54,340 nucleotides of DNA from Deltaproteobacteria bacterium (GTDB lineage Bacteria > Desulfobacterota > Deferrimicrobia > Deferrimicrobiales > Deferrimicrobiaceae). A program made the translations under genes and the position numbers. Where the stretch lies: contig JANXQJ010000148.1 of the NCBI GenBank assembly GCA_025356865.1, positions 1 to 54,340 on the forward strand. The letters run 5' to 3'. Of the stretch, positions 1-8,668 are shown in pieces. Within the stretch, counting starts at the first letter, position 1, and each line of letters begins with the position of its first letter. The notes under the pieces were generated by a model, which was not told the DNA's origin, did not search any database, and worked only from the letters and a program-made list of their open reading frames with translations.

Positions 1-994
1 CGAAAAAAGAGGCGCACCCTTCCGGAGCCGCGGTCGGGGAGACATTCGAAAGACAACCCACCCGGAAAAAGGAGAACCGCTTCTCGGGGACGTAATGCCA
101 ATGCCCCCGGAAGATACCGGGATTGCGAACCCCGACGTTGAGCGCGAACACCTTGACCCAAGCCAGCCGACGCCCCGCCTCGGCGATCGACCGGGAAACG
201 GCCGGGGTGCGCCGGACCAGCGCGGGGAGCGGGATCGTCGAGATGGCCGCCGTGAAGGGAATGGCCTCCCCTGCGGAAGTCAGCGCAACGCGCCGCCGGA
301 GATCGATCGAGACCACTTCGGCACCGGTCCGGATCCGCCCGGCGAAGGGGGAAGCCATGGCCCGCGGCAGCGCGCCGATACCGCCGCGCTTCGGGTAAAG
401 AAAGGTCGCGTTGTAGCCGGCGTCGCGCCGGCCGGAGCCCTGCGCACCCGCCAGCACCTCGTCGAACGAAGGCACCGGGATGGACCAGTCGGTCCACTCG
501 TAAGTCATCGAGGAAAGCGGCCGACGCCACATTTTCCGGTTGTAGGGAAAGAAAAAGGCGCGGCACATGGCGGCCCCGAACCGCCGTTCGAGCCAGTCGG
601 CGTAGTCCCGCGGCGGTTCGACGCCGCGGACCGCCTCGCGGATCCGTTCGGCCGCGAAGTCTTTCAGGCAGCGCGCGACCAGGCGCGGATCGTGTCCATG
701 CAGGTTGGACTGGAACGGATACGGGGTGAGCCTGCCGCCGAGAAAGACGCCGGCCTCCCGGACCGTATCGCGCCAGGCGACGCCCGGCAACGACCTGAGA
801 CCGGCCCGTATGGCCGGATCGGCGGTGTGCAGGAAATGGCCGCTCATGTCGAACCGGTATCCGGCCACCGAGGAAGAGCGGCACCACCCGCCGGCTTCGA
901 CCTCCTTTTCTAGGACGAGAAACTCGCGCCCGGCCTGCCTGAGGACCTCGGCAGCGGCCAGGCCCGAAACCCCGGCACCCAGGATCAGGATCAT
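1..994 (-). CDS. FAD-dependent oxidoreductase, amine-oxidase / UDP-galactopyranose-mutase-like (C-terminus runs off the window start)
   Basis: Absent from the ORF track because it is open at the window edge. Reverse complement from ATG 992-994 reads MILILGAGVSGLAAAEVLRQAGREFLVLEKEVEAGGWCRS... (GxGxxG Rossmann fold) and later ...FFFPYNRKMW...WHYVPEKRFSFFRVG. It starts 4 nt after the stop of the upstream GT4 gene. Plus-strand ORFs 95-913 and 123-398 are Arg/Pro-rich antisense artefacts. Confidence 0.7.
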   Translation of the reverse strand, partial: MILILGAGVSGLAAAEVLRQAGREFLVLEKEVEAGGWCRSSSVAGYRFDMSGHFLHTADPAIRAGLRSLPGVAWRDTVREAGVFLGGRLTPYPFQSNLHGHDPRLVARCLKDFAAERIREAVRGVEPPRDYADWLERRFGAAMCRAFFFPYNRKMWRRPLSSMTYEWTDWSIPVPSFDEVLAGAQGSGRRDAGYNATFLYPKRGGIGALPRAMASPFAGRIRTGAEVVSIDLRRRVALTSAGEAIPFTAAISTIPLPALVRRTPAVSRSIAEAGRRLAWVKVFALNVGVRNPGIFRGHWHYVPEKRFSFFRVGCLSNVSPTAAPEGCASFF

Positions 995-998
995 CGGT

Positions 999-2024
999 TT
1001 AGAGCGCCATGTCGATCGCCTTGAGCCAGAGCGCGGCGACGACCAGCAGCAGCGCGATGGATCCGTAGGCCAGAAGGGAAACCGGCGCCGTCATGTGCAT
1101 CGCGGCCAGCCCGATCAGCGACGACACGGCGGCGGCAAGGCAGCTGACGAGGACCGTCTGCCCCGTGGTGAGGCGCCACCGGCGAAGACGGAGGCCGAAG
1201 TGGTCCCGGCTGCCGACGAGGATCGAGGCGCCCCGCCGGATCCGGAGCCACGACACGAATGCGATCTCGAAGAGCGGCACCGCGAACAGCGCCAGCGGCG
1301 TGAGCCAGCCGAGCGGGTTGTGCGCCGTATAGTCGCCGCCGATCGCGAGGCCGCCCAGGAAGAAGCCGAGAAAGAGCGAGCCGGTGTCGCCGAGGTAGAT
1401 CTGCGCCGGGGGACGGTTGAATCGGAGAAAACCCAGGAGCGACCCGAGGAGCGCGGCGCACAGGACGAAGCCGATCCGGTTCCCGCCGGCCAGGAAAACC
1501 CACCCGATCGCCACCGCCGACACGCACGCGACGCTTCCGGAAAGGCCGTCCATCACGTCGATGAGGTTGAACCCGTTGGTCATGACGATCATCCAGAGGA
1601 AGGTCAGGGCGATATCGGCCATCGGCGGGAACTGCTCGATCCGGATCCGGATGCCGGACTTGAGGAGCAGGAATATCGCGATGACCTGCCCGAGCAGCTT
1701 GATATGGGGCGACAGCCCGCAGATGTCGTCGATCACGCCGAGAAGAATGATGATCGAGGAGGCCAGCAGCAACCCGATCACCGTATCGCTGAACTGGACG
1801 AATATCGCTCCCGGCAGCAGGGTGGCCAGGAAAACGGCGAGGCCGCCGAAATAGGGAACTGCCTTCTCCTGGACCTTGAGCGCCCCATCGGGACGGTCGA
1901 CGATGCCCATGCGGCGGGCGGAATCTCGGAACAGGGGCGTCAGGTAGAGCGCCAGCATCAATGAAACAAACAGGGCGGCGCCTCCGGCGGCCAGCGGGTG
2001 GGCGAGCGGGGCGGAGGACGGCAC
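999..2024 (-). CDS. Polyprenyl-phosphate HexNAc-1-phosphate transferase (GT4, WecA/WbpL/MraY family)
   Basis: Polytopic membrane protein with MraY/WecA motifs TNGFNLIDVMDGLSG and IYLGDTGSLFLGF. The 5' part of ORF 999-2519 is Arg-rich junk. A GTG at 2022-2024 overlaps the upstream stop by 1 nt; the later ATG (MLALYL) is an alternative start. Confidence 0.85.
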   Translation of the reverse strand: MPSSAPLAHPLAAGGAALFVSLMLALYLTPLFRDSARRMGIVDRPDGALKVQEKAVPYFGGLAVFLATLLPGAIFVQFSDTVIGLLLASSIIILLGVIDDICGLSPHIKLLGQVIAIFLLLKSGIRIRIEQFPPMADIALTFLWMIVMTNGFNLIDVMDGLSGSVACVSAVAIGWVFLAGGNRIGFVLCAALLGSLLGFLRFNRPPAQIYLGDTGSLFLGFFLGGLAIGGDYTAHNPLGWLTPLALFAVPLFEIAFVSWLRIRRGASILVGSRDHFGLRLRRWRLTTGQTVLVSCLAAAVSSLIGLAAMHMTAPVSLLAYGSIALLLVVAALWLKAIDMAL

Positions 2025-2800
2025 TACTTGAAATCCTTCCGGGAAAATATGACGCACGCCAGCAAAAGGACTGCGGCACAATAGCTGAGCATGTAGGCGA
2101 GCGGCAACAGGAGCAGGGAGGCGGAGCGGGCCAGCCCGTAAACGGCCACGTTCTTGAAATTGAATATTTCGAGGTTGGGCAGGAGATAATAAATCGCCTT
2201 CCCGAGCCATGCAGCCGCCGGCGAACCTGATTTTCCCCCGAAGAAAAGCAGCTCGCGGGTGATGTGCCCGATCAGGAACATCGAAAGGGTGAAAATCGCA
2301 CTCAACACCGGCGTCGTGAAAGTTGAAAAGAACGAGGCGAGACAGGTCAGGAGCACAAGCTCCATGTAGATCCCGGCGGCGGCGACGAAGATTCCCGGCT
2401 CGGTGGTTTGGCCGTACCGGTAGCCCGCGTGCACCAGGTAGAGGACGACCGCCATGAAGAACGTGATCAACCCCAGCGTGGCGCACAACCCGAGCGCCTT
2501 TCCCAGGACGAACTCCCACCGCGGAACCGGCTTCGAGAGGATGATGTAGACGGTCTTCCTGTCGATCTCCTGGCTGACCAGGGTAATGCCGATGAAGACG
2601 GCCATGACCACCCCGAACAGGTGGATGCTGGCGAGGCCGAGATCGACAACGACCCGCGCGAGGTCACCGAAGGAGAGATTCGCGAGAAAGGTCGTCATCC
2701 CGATGACGAAGAGGGCGAACGCGAGGATCGCGTAGAGGATCTTGTTGCGGATCGTCTCGCGGAAGGTGTTTGCCGCGACGGAGAGCATGCCGGTCAGCAT
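2024..2800 (-). CDS. ABC-2 type exporter permease
   Basis: 258 aa, about six hydrophobic helices ([34 protein letters not shown]...). The ATG at 2798-2800 overlaps the ATPase stop (TGATG). The upstream part of ORF 2024-3133 is Arg/Gly junk. Confidence 0.8.
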   Translation of the reverse strand: MLTGMLSVAANTFRETIRNKILYAILAFALFVIGMTTFLANLSFGDLARVVVDLGLASIHLFGVVMAVFIGITLVSQEIDRKTVYIILSKPVPRWEFVLGKALGLCATLGLITFFMAVVLYLVHAGYRYGQTTEPGIFVAAAGIYMELVLLTCLASFFSTFTTPVLSAIFTLSMFLIGHITRELLFFGGKSGSPAAAWLGKAIYYLLPNLEIFNFKNVAVYGLARSASLLLLPLAYMLSYCAAVLLLACVIFSRKDFK

Positions 2801-3759
2801 CAGCGGTTTCCATCCCTTCTGCCGGCTTCCACCCGGGCGACGTAGACATCCTCGAGGTGACGTTTGGCCGGGGTCAGTGAGCAGACGCGGGCGCCGGCCG
2901 CGCGGGACAGATCGACCCATCGGTTGGCCTCGTCGACGTCGGGCGCCCTCAAGACCACGGCGCTCCCCTGGACCGACACGGCTTCCGGGGGTATGCCGCA
3001 ACCGAACAGGACGGCTGGAGGAGGAGAGGGAGAGAGCACGATCTCGACGTAAAGAATCTCGCACCCCATCAACTCTCCCACCGTGTCCTCGGCGACCTTC
3101 TCCCCCTTCAGGATCATGATGACCCGGTCGCACAGCGCCTCGACGTCGGAAACGATATGGGAACTGAAGAACACCGTCTTGCCGGCGGCCCTGAGGTCGC
3201 GGATCACGTTCCGGATCTCCATCCGCCCCATGGGGTCAAGCCCCGACATCGGCTCGTCGAGGATCACCAGCTCGGGGTCGTGCAGCAACGCCTGCGCAAG
3301 TCCGAGGCGCTGCATCATCCCCTTTGAATACTTGCGGATCGCCTTGTCCTCGGCCCCTGCGAGCCCGATCCGGTCGAACATTTCCCGGGACCTCGCGACG
3401 ATGGCGTCCCGTTCCATCCCGCACAGCCGCCCGCACAACGCGAGGAACTCGCGGCCGGTGAGGTATTCGTAGAAATAGGGTTGTTCCGGCATGAAACCGA
3501 TCCGGCGACGGAGGTTTGGCGACTTCCCCGCTTCCTCGCCGAACAGCGTGACACGCCCGGAGTCGGGGAACGCGAGGTGGTTCAGGATCTTGATGGTAGT
3601 GGTCTTCCCCGCCCCGTTGGGGCCGAGAAAGCCGACGATCTCGTTGGGCAGGACGGTGAACGAGAGGCCGGAGAGCACGGGAACGCGCTTGCGCCAGAAC
3701 CCCATCGGATACGACTTGGAAAGATTCTCGACGGTGATGACCGGAACCGGGGGGGTCAC
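2800..3759 (-). CDS. ABC transporter ATP-binding protein
   Basis: Walker [10 protein letters not shown], signature-like YSKGMMQR, Walker [14 protein letters not shown]-loop FFSSHIV. The GTG start at 3757-3759 overlaps the upstream stop (GTGA). The remainder of ORF 2800-4440 is out-of-context Arg/Gly sequence. Confidence 0.9.
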   Translation of the reverse strand: MTPPVPVITVENLSKSYPMGFWRKRVPVLSGLSFTVLPNEIVGFLGPNGAGKTTTIKILNHLAFPDSGRVTLFGEEAGKSPNLRRRIGFMPEQPYFYEYLTGREFLALCGRLCGMERDAIVARSREMFDRIGLAGAEDKAIRKYSKGMMQRLGLAQALLHDPELVILDEPMSGLDPMGRMEIRNVIRDLRAAGKTVFFSSHIVSDVEALCDRVIMILKGEKVAEDTVGELMGCEILYVEIVLSPSPPPAVLFGCGIPPEAVSVQGSAVVLRAPDVDEANRWVDLSRAAGARVCSLTPAKRHLEDVYVARVEAGRRDGNR

Positions 3760-4610
3760 TTGACGAGCACCTTCAACCGGTTTCTGGAGCGATCGCTGGA
3801 CACTTTCCCCTCCTGATCGATTTGATAAGCCCCTCCGTCGGGCGCGACGGGGACCCGTGCGAGAATCCCCGCCCGCACGAGCTCGGGCAGCGACGCGGGC
3901 GCCCGGCCGTTCGCGGCCCGGTAGGCGTCGACGGCGCGCTCGAGGCGCTGCAGGTCCCGCTCGACCGCCACCTCGCCCGCCCGCCGCTCGAGGATGGCGA
4001 GACGCGACGGGTCTTTCTCCTGCCGGATCATGATCTCGAGGAAGGAGAGCGCCGTCTCGGGATCCCGTCCCTCGGAAAACATCCTTGCGGCCAGCCCCGG
4101 CAGATATCCCGGGCTTCCGGGGAGCCGGGCCGCATCGGCCATCGCCCGCCCGCCCTCGGCGGCTTGCCCGAGGATGAAGTAATGGGTGAACCCGAGGTAG
4201 AAGTGGATCTGCCAACTTTCGGGATGGTTCGCCCGGCCCCGTTCGAGCAGGGCGAGCGCCCGCCGTCCGTGGGCGGGCGACTCCCCGAGGACGAGACCGC
4301 CGAGCAGGAAGATCGTCTCGAACCGCGGATCGAAATTGGCCGCCGTATCCAGCAGGAGCGCCAGCCGGTCGTACTCCGCCGGGGAGAGGGTCCGGTTGCC
4401 CGCCACCTGGATGGCCCCCAGCCAGACCAGGTCGGCGCACGCATTTTGAAAGCCGAGCGCCAGGGAGGGGTGGCGGCTGATCGCGACCACCAGATTGTCG
4501 GCTGCGCCGTTCTCGCCGACCCAGGACATAGGACCGGGCGAAAGGCGAAGGGAGATCAACGCCGACGCTCCGAGGAAGAGCACGGCCGCAATAAGCATCC
4601 CCGCCCTCAC
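3756..4610 (-). CDS. Membrane-anchored helical-repeat (TPR-like) protein, unknown function
   Basis: N-terminal hydrophobic helix (MLIAAVLFLGASALISL), then alpha-helical repeat-like sequence. GTGA overlap with the upstream Wzy_C gene stop. Confidence 0.6.
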   Translation of the reverse strand: MRAGMLIAAVLFLGASALISLRLSPGPMSWVGENGAADNLVVAISRHPSLALGFQNACADLVWLGAIQVAGNRTLSPAEYDRLALLLDTAANFDPRFETIFLLGGLVLGESPAHGRRALALLERGRANHPESWQIHFYLGFTHYFILGQAAEGGRAMADAARLPGSPGYLPGLAARMFSEGRDPETALSFLEIMIRQEKDPSRLAILERRAGEVAVERDLQRLERAVDAYRAANGRAPASLPELVRAGILARVPVAPDGGAYQIDQEGKVSSDRSRNRLKVLVK

Positions 4611-6529
4611 CGGCCCGGGATTCCCTTCATGGTTTCCAGAATCGATGTCACCTTCGCGACGTCCACCTGCAGGAATACCTTGTCCTCCGGTTCGCTCGCC
4701 TTGCCTTGGTAAGTGTAATACACCCGGAGCGCTTTCTCGTAGGCTTCGATCGCCCTGGCGGCGTTTTCAGTCCGCCACAGGTCGCCCAGGAGCGCCCACC
4801 CTTTCGCGTAGCGCGGCTCGTCTTCGAGCGCCCGCGATATCTCACGGCGCGCATCGTCGGGCCGCCCGGTCTCGTCGAGGATGAGCGCCTTCTGGTAGCG
4901 CGCCTCGGCGTTGTGCGGGTTCAAGGCGTTCACACGGTCGAACGCCGCCAGGGCACCGGCGTAGAGCCACCCTCGCCTCGCAGGCGGGACCAGCGAGACC
5001 GCCCGGCTGTAAAGAAACGCGAGCCGCATCGGGTAGATCGCCTCGAGCGGGTTCCGGGTCTCGGCTTCCATCTCCAGTTCGATGGCCTGCCCGATCGTCT
5101 TCCGGGCATCCCCGGTCGAGGCATTTCGAAAGACGACCGCCGAAGCCTTGTCGACGAAGGATGCCCGCCACGGGTCGGTGGCGGACGCCAGGAGATACTG
5201 TTTTTCGGCCGTTGCGGGATCGCCCGCCGAAAAGGCGGCGTTCCCCCGCTGCTCGAAGCACCAACCGACGAAGGAGGTCCCGGAAAAGGCGATCAGGACG
5301 GCGAAGAACGCCGCGCCGGTCCACCGGACCGCGCCCTGCATTCGCAAGGGAATCTCCACGAAGGGATTCCAGGTTCGGGCGCACACCACCGCAAATGCCG
5401 CGGCGTTGATCAGCATCAGGCCGAGGATGTGGTAGTTGCATTCGACCACGGCGTGAAGCCCGGAGATCAACGGGACCATTGCGACCGCCGGAAGATAGGG
5501 ATCGTCCGACGAAAACGCCCGACGCCACGAAATGACTCCGACGACGCCCAGGGCCAGAAACAGGCAGGCGCCGGGAAAGCCCTGCTCCGCCAGCGCGGAG
5601 AAAAACTCGCTGTGTGCCGTATTGGCCTGCTTGGCGAACCGGGCGATCGCCCCCGACGAGGGACCCCGGAAAGCGGGCCAGTAGAACTGGTAGTGTCCGG
5701 GGCCGACTCCGAGCGGATGCGCCACGGCGATGCGCGCCGACGTGCGCCACATCTCGAACCGGTCGAAGGCATACGGGTCGCCCTTCCCCGAAAACCGGTC
5801 GGAGAGCGGATTGGGAACCGTCAACAACGCGAGGACGAGGAGAACCGCGCCACCCAGGACGCGCCACCGGCCGAACCGGCGCGCCAACAGAATGAAGCCG
5901 GCAGCCAGCGCCACCAGGAGCCCACCCCGGGAACGGGTCACCAGCAGCCCCCCGGCCAGGAGGAGAGTCGCCGCCGCCGTTGCTGCGAGGCGTCGCCGGG
6001 CATCGGTGATCCCGGGGATCAACCCCCACGCGGCCGCGCAACCATACAGAAGCAGCTCGGCGAGATCGTTGGCGTTCCCCATCGTTCCCGCCGGACGCGG
6101 GATCGCGAACGCGAAACGCTGGACCAGCACGAGGATCGCCTCCGCCCCGGAAGCGGCGAGGAGCGCAGCCAGGAAAAAGCCGCGCGGCATCCGGCCGTCC
6201 CCCGCCCCTGTCGCCCGGACCACCGAATAGACGAGGAGTCCCAGCGTGAAATTGAGCAGCCACTGGTAGGTGAGCCACGGGTAGCCCGGATGGACGACCC
6301 AGGCCGCGGAGAGGAACCAGAAGGCGAGGACGAGCAGATCGGGGAGCGTCGGGCGGAAGACGAACCGGTCGCGCATAAACAGGAAGACGGCGGAACCGAC
6401 GAAGAGGAGAAGGCGGATCAGGAATGCGGCGGGCGGCCAGTCACCCCCTCCGCAGAGGAGGGCGGGGGAAAAGAGGGCGACAAAAAAAAGGGGGGGCGAA
6501 AAGCCCCCCCTGAACGGTTCCTGGTTCAA
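4607..6529 (-). CDS. O-antigen ligase / Wzy_C-family membrane protein with C-terminal TPR domain
   Basis: About 12 TM helices. It has a Wzy_C-like loop (TRSRGGLLVALAAGFILL ... NTAHSEFFSALAEQGFPG) and a C-terminal TPR-like region (...EARYQKALILDETGRPDDARREISRALEDEPRYAKGWALLGDLW...). It starts 9 nt after the pilA stop. Confidence 0.8.
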   Translation of the reverse strand: MNQEPFRGGFSPPLFFVALFSPALLCGGGDWPPAAFLIRLLLFVGSAVFLFMRDRFVFRPTLPDLLVLAFWFLSAAWVVHPGYPWLTYQWLLNFTLGLLVYSVVRATGAGDGRMPRGFFLAALLAASGAEAILVLVQRFAFAIPRPAGTMGNANDLAELLLYGCAAAWGLIPGITDARRRLAATAAATLLLAGGLLVTRSRGGLLVALAAGFILLARRFGRWRVLGGAVLLVLALLTVPNPLSDRFSGKGDPYAFDRFEMWRTSARIAVAHPLGVGPGHYQFYWPAFRGPSSGAIARFAKQANTAHSEFFSALAEQGFPGACLFLALGVVGVISWRRAFSSDDPYLPAVAMVPLISGLHAVVECNYHILGLMLINAAAFAVVCARTWNPFVEIPLRMQGAVRWTGAAFFAVLIAFSGTSFVGWCFEQRGNAAFSAGDPATAEKQYLLASATDPWRASFVDKASAVVFRNASTGDARKTIGQAIELEMEAETRNPLEAIYPMRLAFLYSRAVSLVPPARRGWLYAGALAAFDRVNALNPHNAEARYQKALILDETGRPDDARREISRALEDEPRYAKGWALLGDLWRTENAARAIEAYEKALRVYYTYQGKASEPEDKVFLQVDVAKVTSILETMKGIPGR

Positions 6530-6538
6530 TCGGGCGAG

Positions 6539-7036
6539 TTAGATGCCGCTCGCCGTGTAACGCAGGATGCGGATGTCGTTCATTTCCCAGCAGTCGAGCG
6601 GATCGGTCGTGCTGTTGTTGGGGTTGCCGCCCGCGCCGATCGTGAACTGGAGGGGCTGGAGGTTCGGCGTGATCCCGTTGAGACCGGTTCTGTTAAGGTC
6701 GCCTGTCCAGGTCGGGCCCGTTCCATCGACGCCTACGTTACGCTTGCCCTGGTGGGTGGCGTCCTCGGTCAGAACGAACGCGCCGTTGGTGGTGTACTGG
6801 TAGCGCGGGATGCCGGTCGGAGCCCAACCGATCTGCGAGAAGTCGCCGTACTGGTTGCTGTCGCCGAAGTAAGAGGTCTCGGCGGTGAAGATGGCGCCCA
6901 GGTTGGTCTTGGCCTCTGCGGTGCGCGACTTCGCCTGGAACTTCATGAAGTTCGGGATGGCGATGGCCGCCAGGATGCCGATGATCGCGACGACGATCAT
7001 CAGTTCGATCAGGGTGAAGCCCTTCTTGTTCAACAT
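6539..7036 (-). CDS. pilA: Type IV (T4a-like) major pilin
   Basis: Class III signal peptide MLNKKG|[24 protein letters not shown] with Glu at +5. AAGGAG lies 7 nt upstream of the ATG at 7034-7036. The longer ORF start at 7078 would bury the prepilin leader. Confidence 0.9.
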   Translation of the reverse strand: MLNKKGFTLIELMIVVAIIGILAAIAIPNFMKFQAKSRTAEAKTNLGAIFTAETSYFGDSNQYGDFSQIGWAPTGIPRYQYTTNGAFVLTEDATHQGKRNVGVDGTGPTWTGDLNRTGLNGITPNLQPLQFTIGAGGNPNNSTTDPLDCWEMNDIRILRYTASGI

Positions 7037-7080
7037 TGTGTGCTCCTTTCGTTGGTTGGAATCTGCTTTGTCTCTCATAC

Positions 7081-7096
7081 AGCACGAACAGTGCCA
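7081..7096 (-). promoter_or_regulatory. sigma54 (-24/-12) promoter of pilA
   Basis: The minus strand reads TGGCAC-TGTTC-GTGCT. GG and GC have canonical spacing, about 45 nt upstream of the pilA ATG. A sigma54 activator gene (pilR) lies immediately upstream. Confidence 0.7.
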
Positions 7097-7144
7097 ATCG
7101 GACGATGCAAGATCATACCATGAGAAGCCGGTTGCAACGGGAAA

Positions 7145-8668
7145 TCATTCGATCCCGTGCTTGTCGAGCCGATACCTGAGTGACCGAAAGGAAATGTTCA
7201 GCAATTTCGCGGCCCCGGTCCGACTCCCTTCCGCCCTCGAGAGCGCCTTGACCAGGATGTCCTTTTCCATCCACTCCATCGCGACATCGAGCGACAAATC
7301 ACCGGAACTGAAGGATTCCAGCGAGAACTCGGGGAGTACGTGCAGCGAAGTGCCTATTTTCGGCAGTTCGCCAGGCTGGGATTCGCCTGGAGTGACATTA
7401 TTTGTCAGTTCGGCGTTCTCGAACAGGGGAGAACTGACATTATTTGTCAGCCAGGTGACCCCGCCTGCCGCTTCCCCGACCCCTCCCGTGGCAACTGCGG
7501 GGGTAAGCGAGTCGAGGGTGATGATCTCGCCATGCTCGATGATGGTCGCCCGCTCGATGATGTTTTCGAGTTCCCGGACGTTTCCCGGGAAATTGTAGGC
7601 GGCGAGTGCGGCCATCGCGTCGTCGTGAATTCCGTGGATCGGCTTCTCCCGGCGGGCGGCGAACTTCTCGACGAACTGGAGGGCGAGGACCGGGATATCT
7701 TCCCGACGCTCCCGAAGCGGGGGAACGACGATCTGGATCACGTTGAGCCGGAAGAAGAGGTCGTCCCGGAAACGGCCCGCCTTCATCTCGTCCTCGAGAT
7801 TGCGCTTGGATGCGCAGACAATCCGGACGTCGACGGGAATATCCTCGTTGCCGCCGATGCGGCGGATCGACCGCTCCTGGATGGCCCGGAGCAGCTTGCT
7901 CTGCATCGAGGGGGGAAGTTCGCCCACTTCGTCGAGAAACAGGGTTCCCTTGTGGGCGGTCTCGAACAGCCCCTTCTTGGTCTTGACCGCGCCGGTGAAC
8001 GCCCCGCGGACGTGCCCGAACAGTTCGCTCTCCATCAAGGTTTCGGGGATGGCGGCGCAATTGATGGGCACGAACGGAAAATCGCGGCGGGGGCTGCGCC
8101 TGTGGAGCGCGGTGGCGACCAGTTCCTTGCCGGTTCCGCTCTCGCCCAAGATCATGATGTTGGCACCCGTGGGCGCCACCCGATCGATCAGGGCGAACAC
8201 CTTGAGCATCGTCTCGTCGCGCCCGACGATCCCCTCGAAGGAGGCGGTATCGCGGACCTGGGCGCGCAGTTCCTGCGTCCGTTCGGCGACGACGCCCCGC
8301 TTTTCGAGCGCCCGCCGGACCAGCGCCCGCAGGTCGTTGTTGTTGAAGGGCTTCTGGATGTAGTCGTAGGCGCCAAGCCGCATCGCGTCTTTTGCGCTCT
8401 CGATGGTGCCGTAGGCGGTGAGGATCACGACCTGGGTGGCCGGGTCCTTCTGGACGGCTGCGCGAAGGACCTTGAGGCCGTCGTCCTCGGCCGCCATCTT
8501 GAGGTCGGTCAGGACCAGGTCGTAGAGGTTCTGGCCGATGGCCTGGCTTGCGTCCTCGAGGGAGCCGCCCACGTCGACGGAATACCCTTCCTTCTCCAGC
8601 AGCATCTTGAAGAGCTGCCGGAGACTCTGTTCGTCGTCGACGACTAATACTTTAGCCCGCATTTCCAT
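7145..8668 (-). CDS. pilR: sigma54-dependent response regulator (NtrC family), PilR-like
   Basis: Receiver domain (KVLVVDDE...VLTDLKM). AAA+ domain with GESGTGKE Walker A and the sigma54-contact GAFTGA motif. C-terminal Fis-type HTH (RTGAAKLLNISFRSLRYRLDKHGI). Its start overlaps the topA 3' end by 11-17 nt. Confidence 0.85.
   Translation of the reverse strand: MEMRAKVLVVDDEQSLRQLFKMLLEKEGYSVDVGGSLEDASQAIGQNLYDLVLTDLKMAAEDDGLKVLRAAVQKDPATQVVILTAYGTIESAKDAMRLGAYDYIQKPFNNNDLRALVRRALEKRGVVAERTQELRAQVRDTASFEGIVGRDETMLKVFALIDRVAPTGANIMILGESGTGKELVATALHRRSPRRDFPFVPINCAAIPETLMESELFGHVRGAFTGAVKTKKGLFETAHKGTLFLDEVGELPPSMQSKLLRAIQERSIRRIGGNEDIPVDVRIVCASKRNLEDEMKAGRFRDDLFFRLNVIQIVVPPLRERREDIPVLALQFVEKFAARREKPIHGIHDDAMAALAAYNFPGNVRELENIIERATIIEHGEIITLDSLTPAVATGGVGEAAGGVTWLTNNVSSPLFENAELTNNVTPGESQPGELPKIGTSLHVLPEFSLESFSSGDLSLDVAMEWMEKDILVKALSRAEGSRTGAAKLLNISFRSLRYRLDKHGIE
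7393..7450. promoter_or_regulatory. Two identical 16-bp palindromic sites (TGACA-N5/6-TGTCA) 42 bp apart, inside the pilR linker-coding region
   Basis: tgacattatttgtcag occurs at 7393-7408 and again at 7435-7450, with inverted arms TGACA/TGTCA. They are AT-rich in a GC-rich gene, about 300-350 bp upstream of the pilA sigma54 promoter. This is a candidate enhancer (UAS) for PilR or another regulator. Confidence 0.4.

Noticed and set aside
95-1964. Plus-strand ORFs 95-913, 123-398 and 705-1964
   Set aside because: They are antisense to the FAD oxidoreductase (open at the window edge, so missing from the track) and to the WecA-like gene. The products are Arg/Pro/Gly-rich.
2800-4440. Long N-terminal extensions of track ORFs: 2800-4440, 999-2519, 2024-3133, 19311-20867, 22987-24618, 30952-32571, 35718-37556, 41253-43223, 46746-47042, 49586-51586 and 52606-53268
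   Set aside because: The extensions overlap the upstream gene out of frame and are Arg/Gly/Pro-rich. Each is followed by an internal start that has an RBS and/or start-stop overlap and yields a proper signal peptide or domain N-terminus. The trimmed coordinates are the ones reported.
4706-7123. 805-aa plus-strand ORF
   Set aside because: It is antisense to the Wzy_C-TPR gene and pilA. The composition is junk (poly-Arg/Gly/Glu/Pro) and it has no RBS context.
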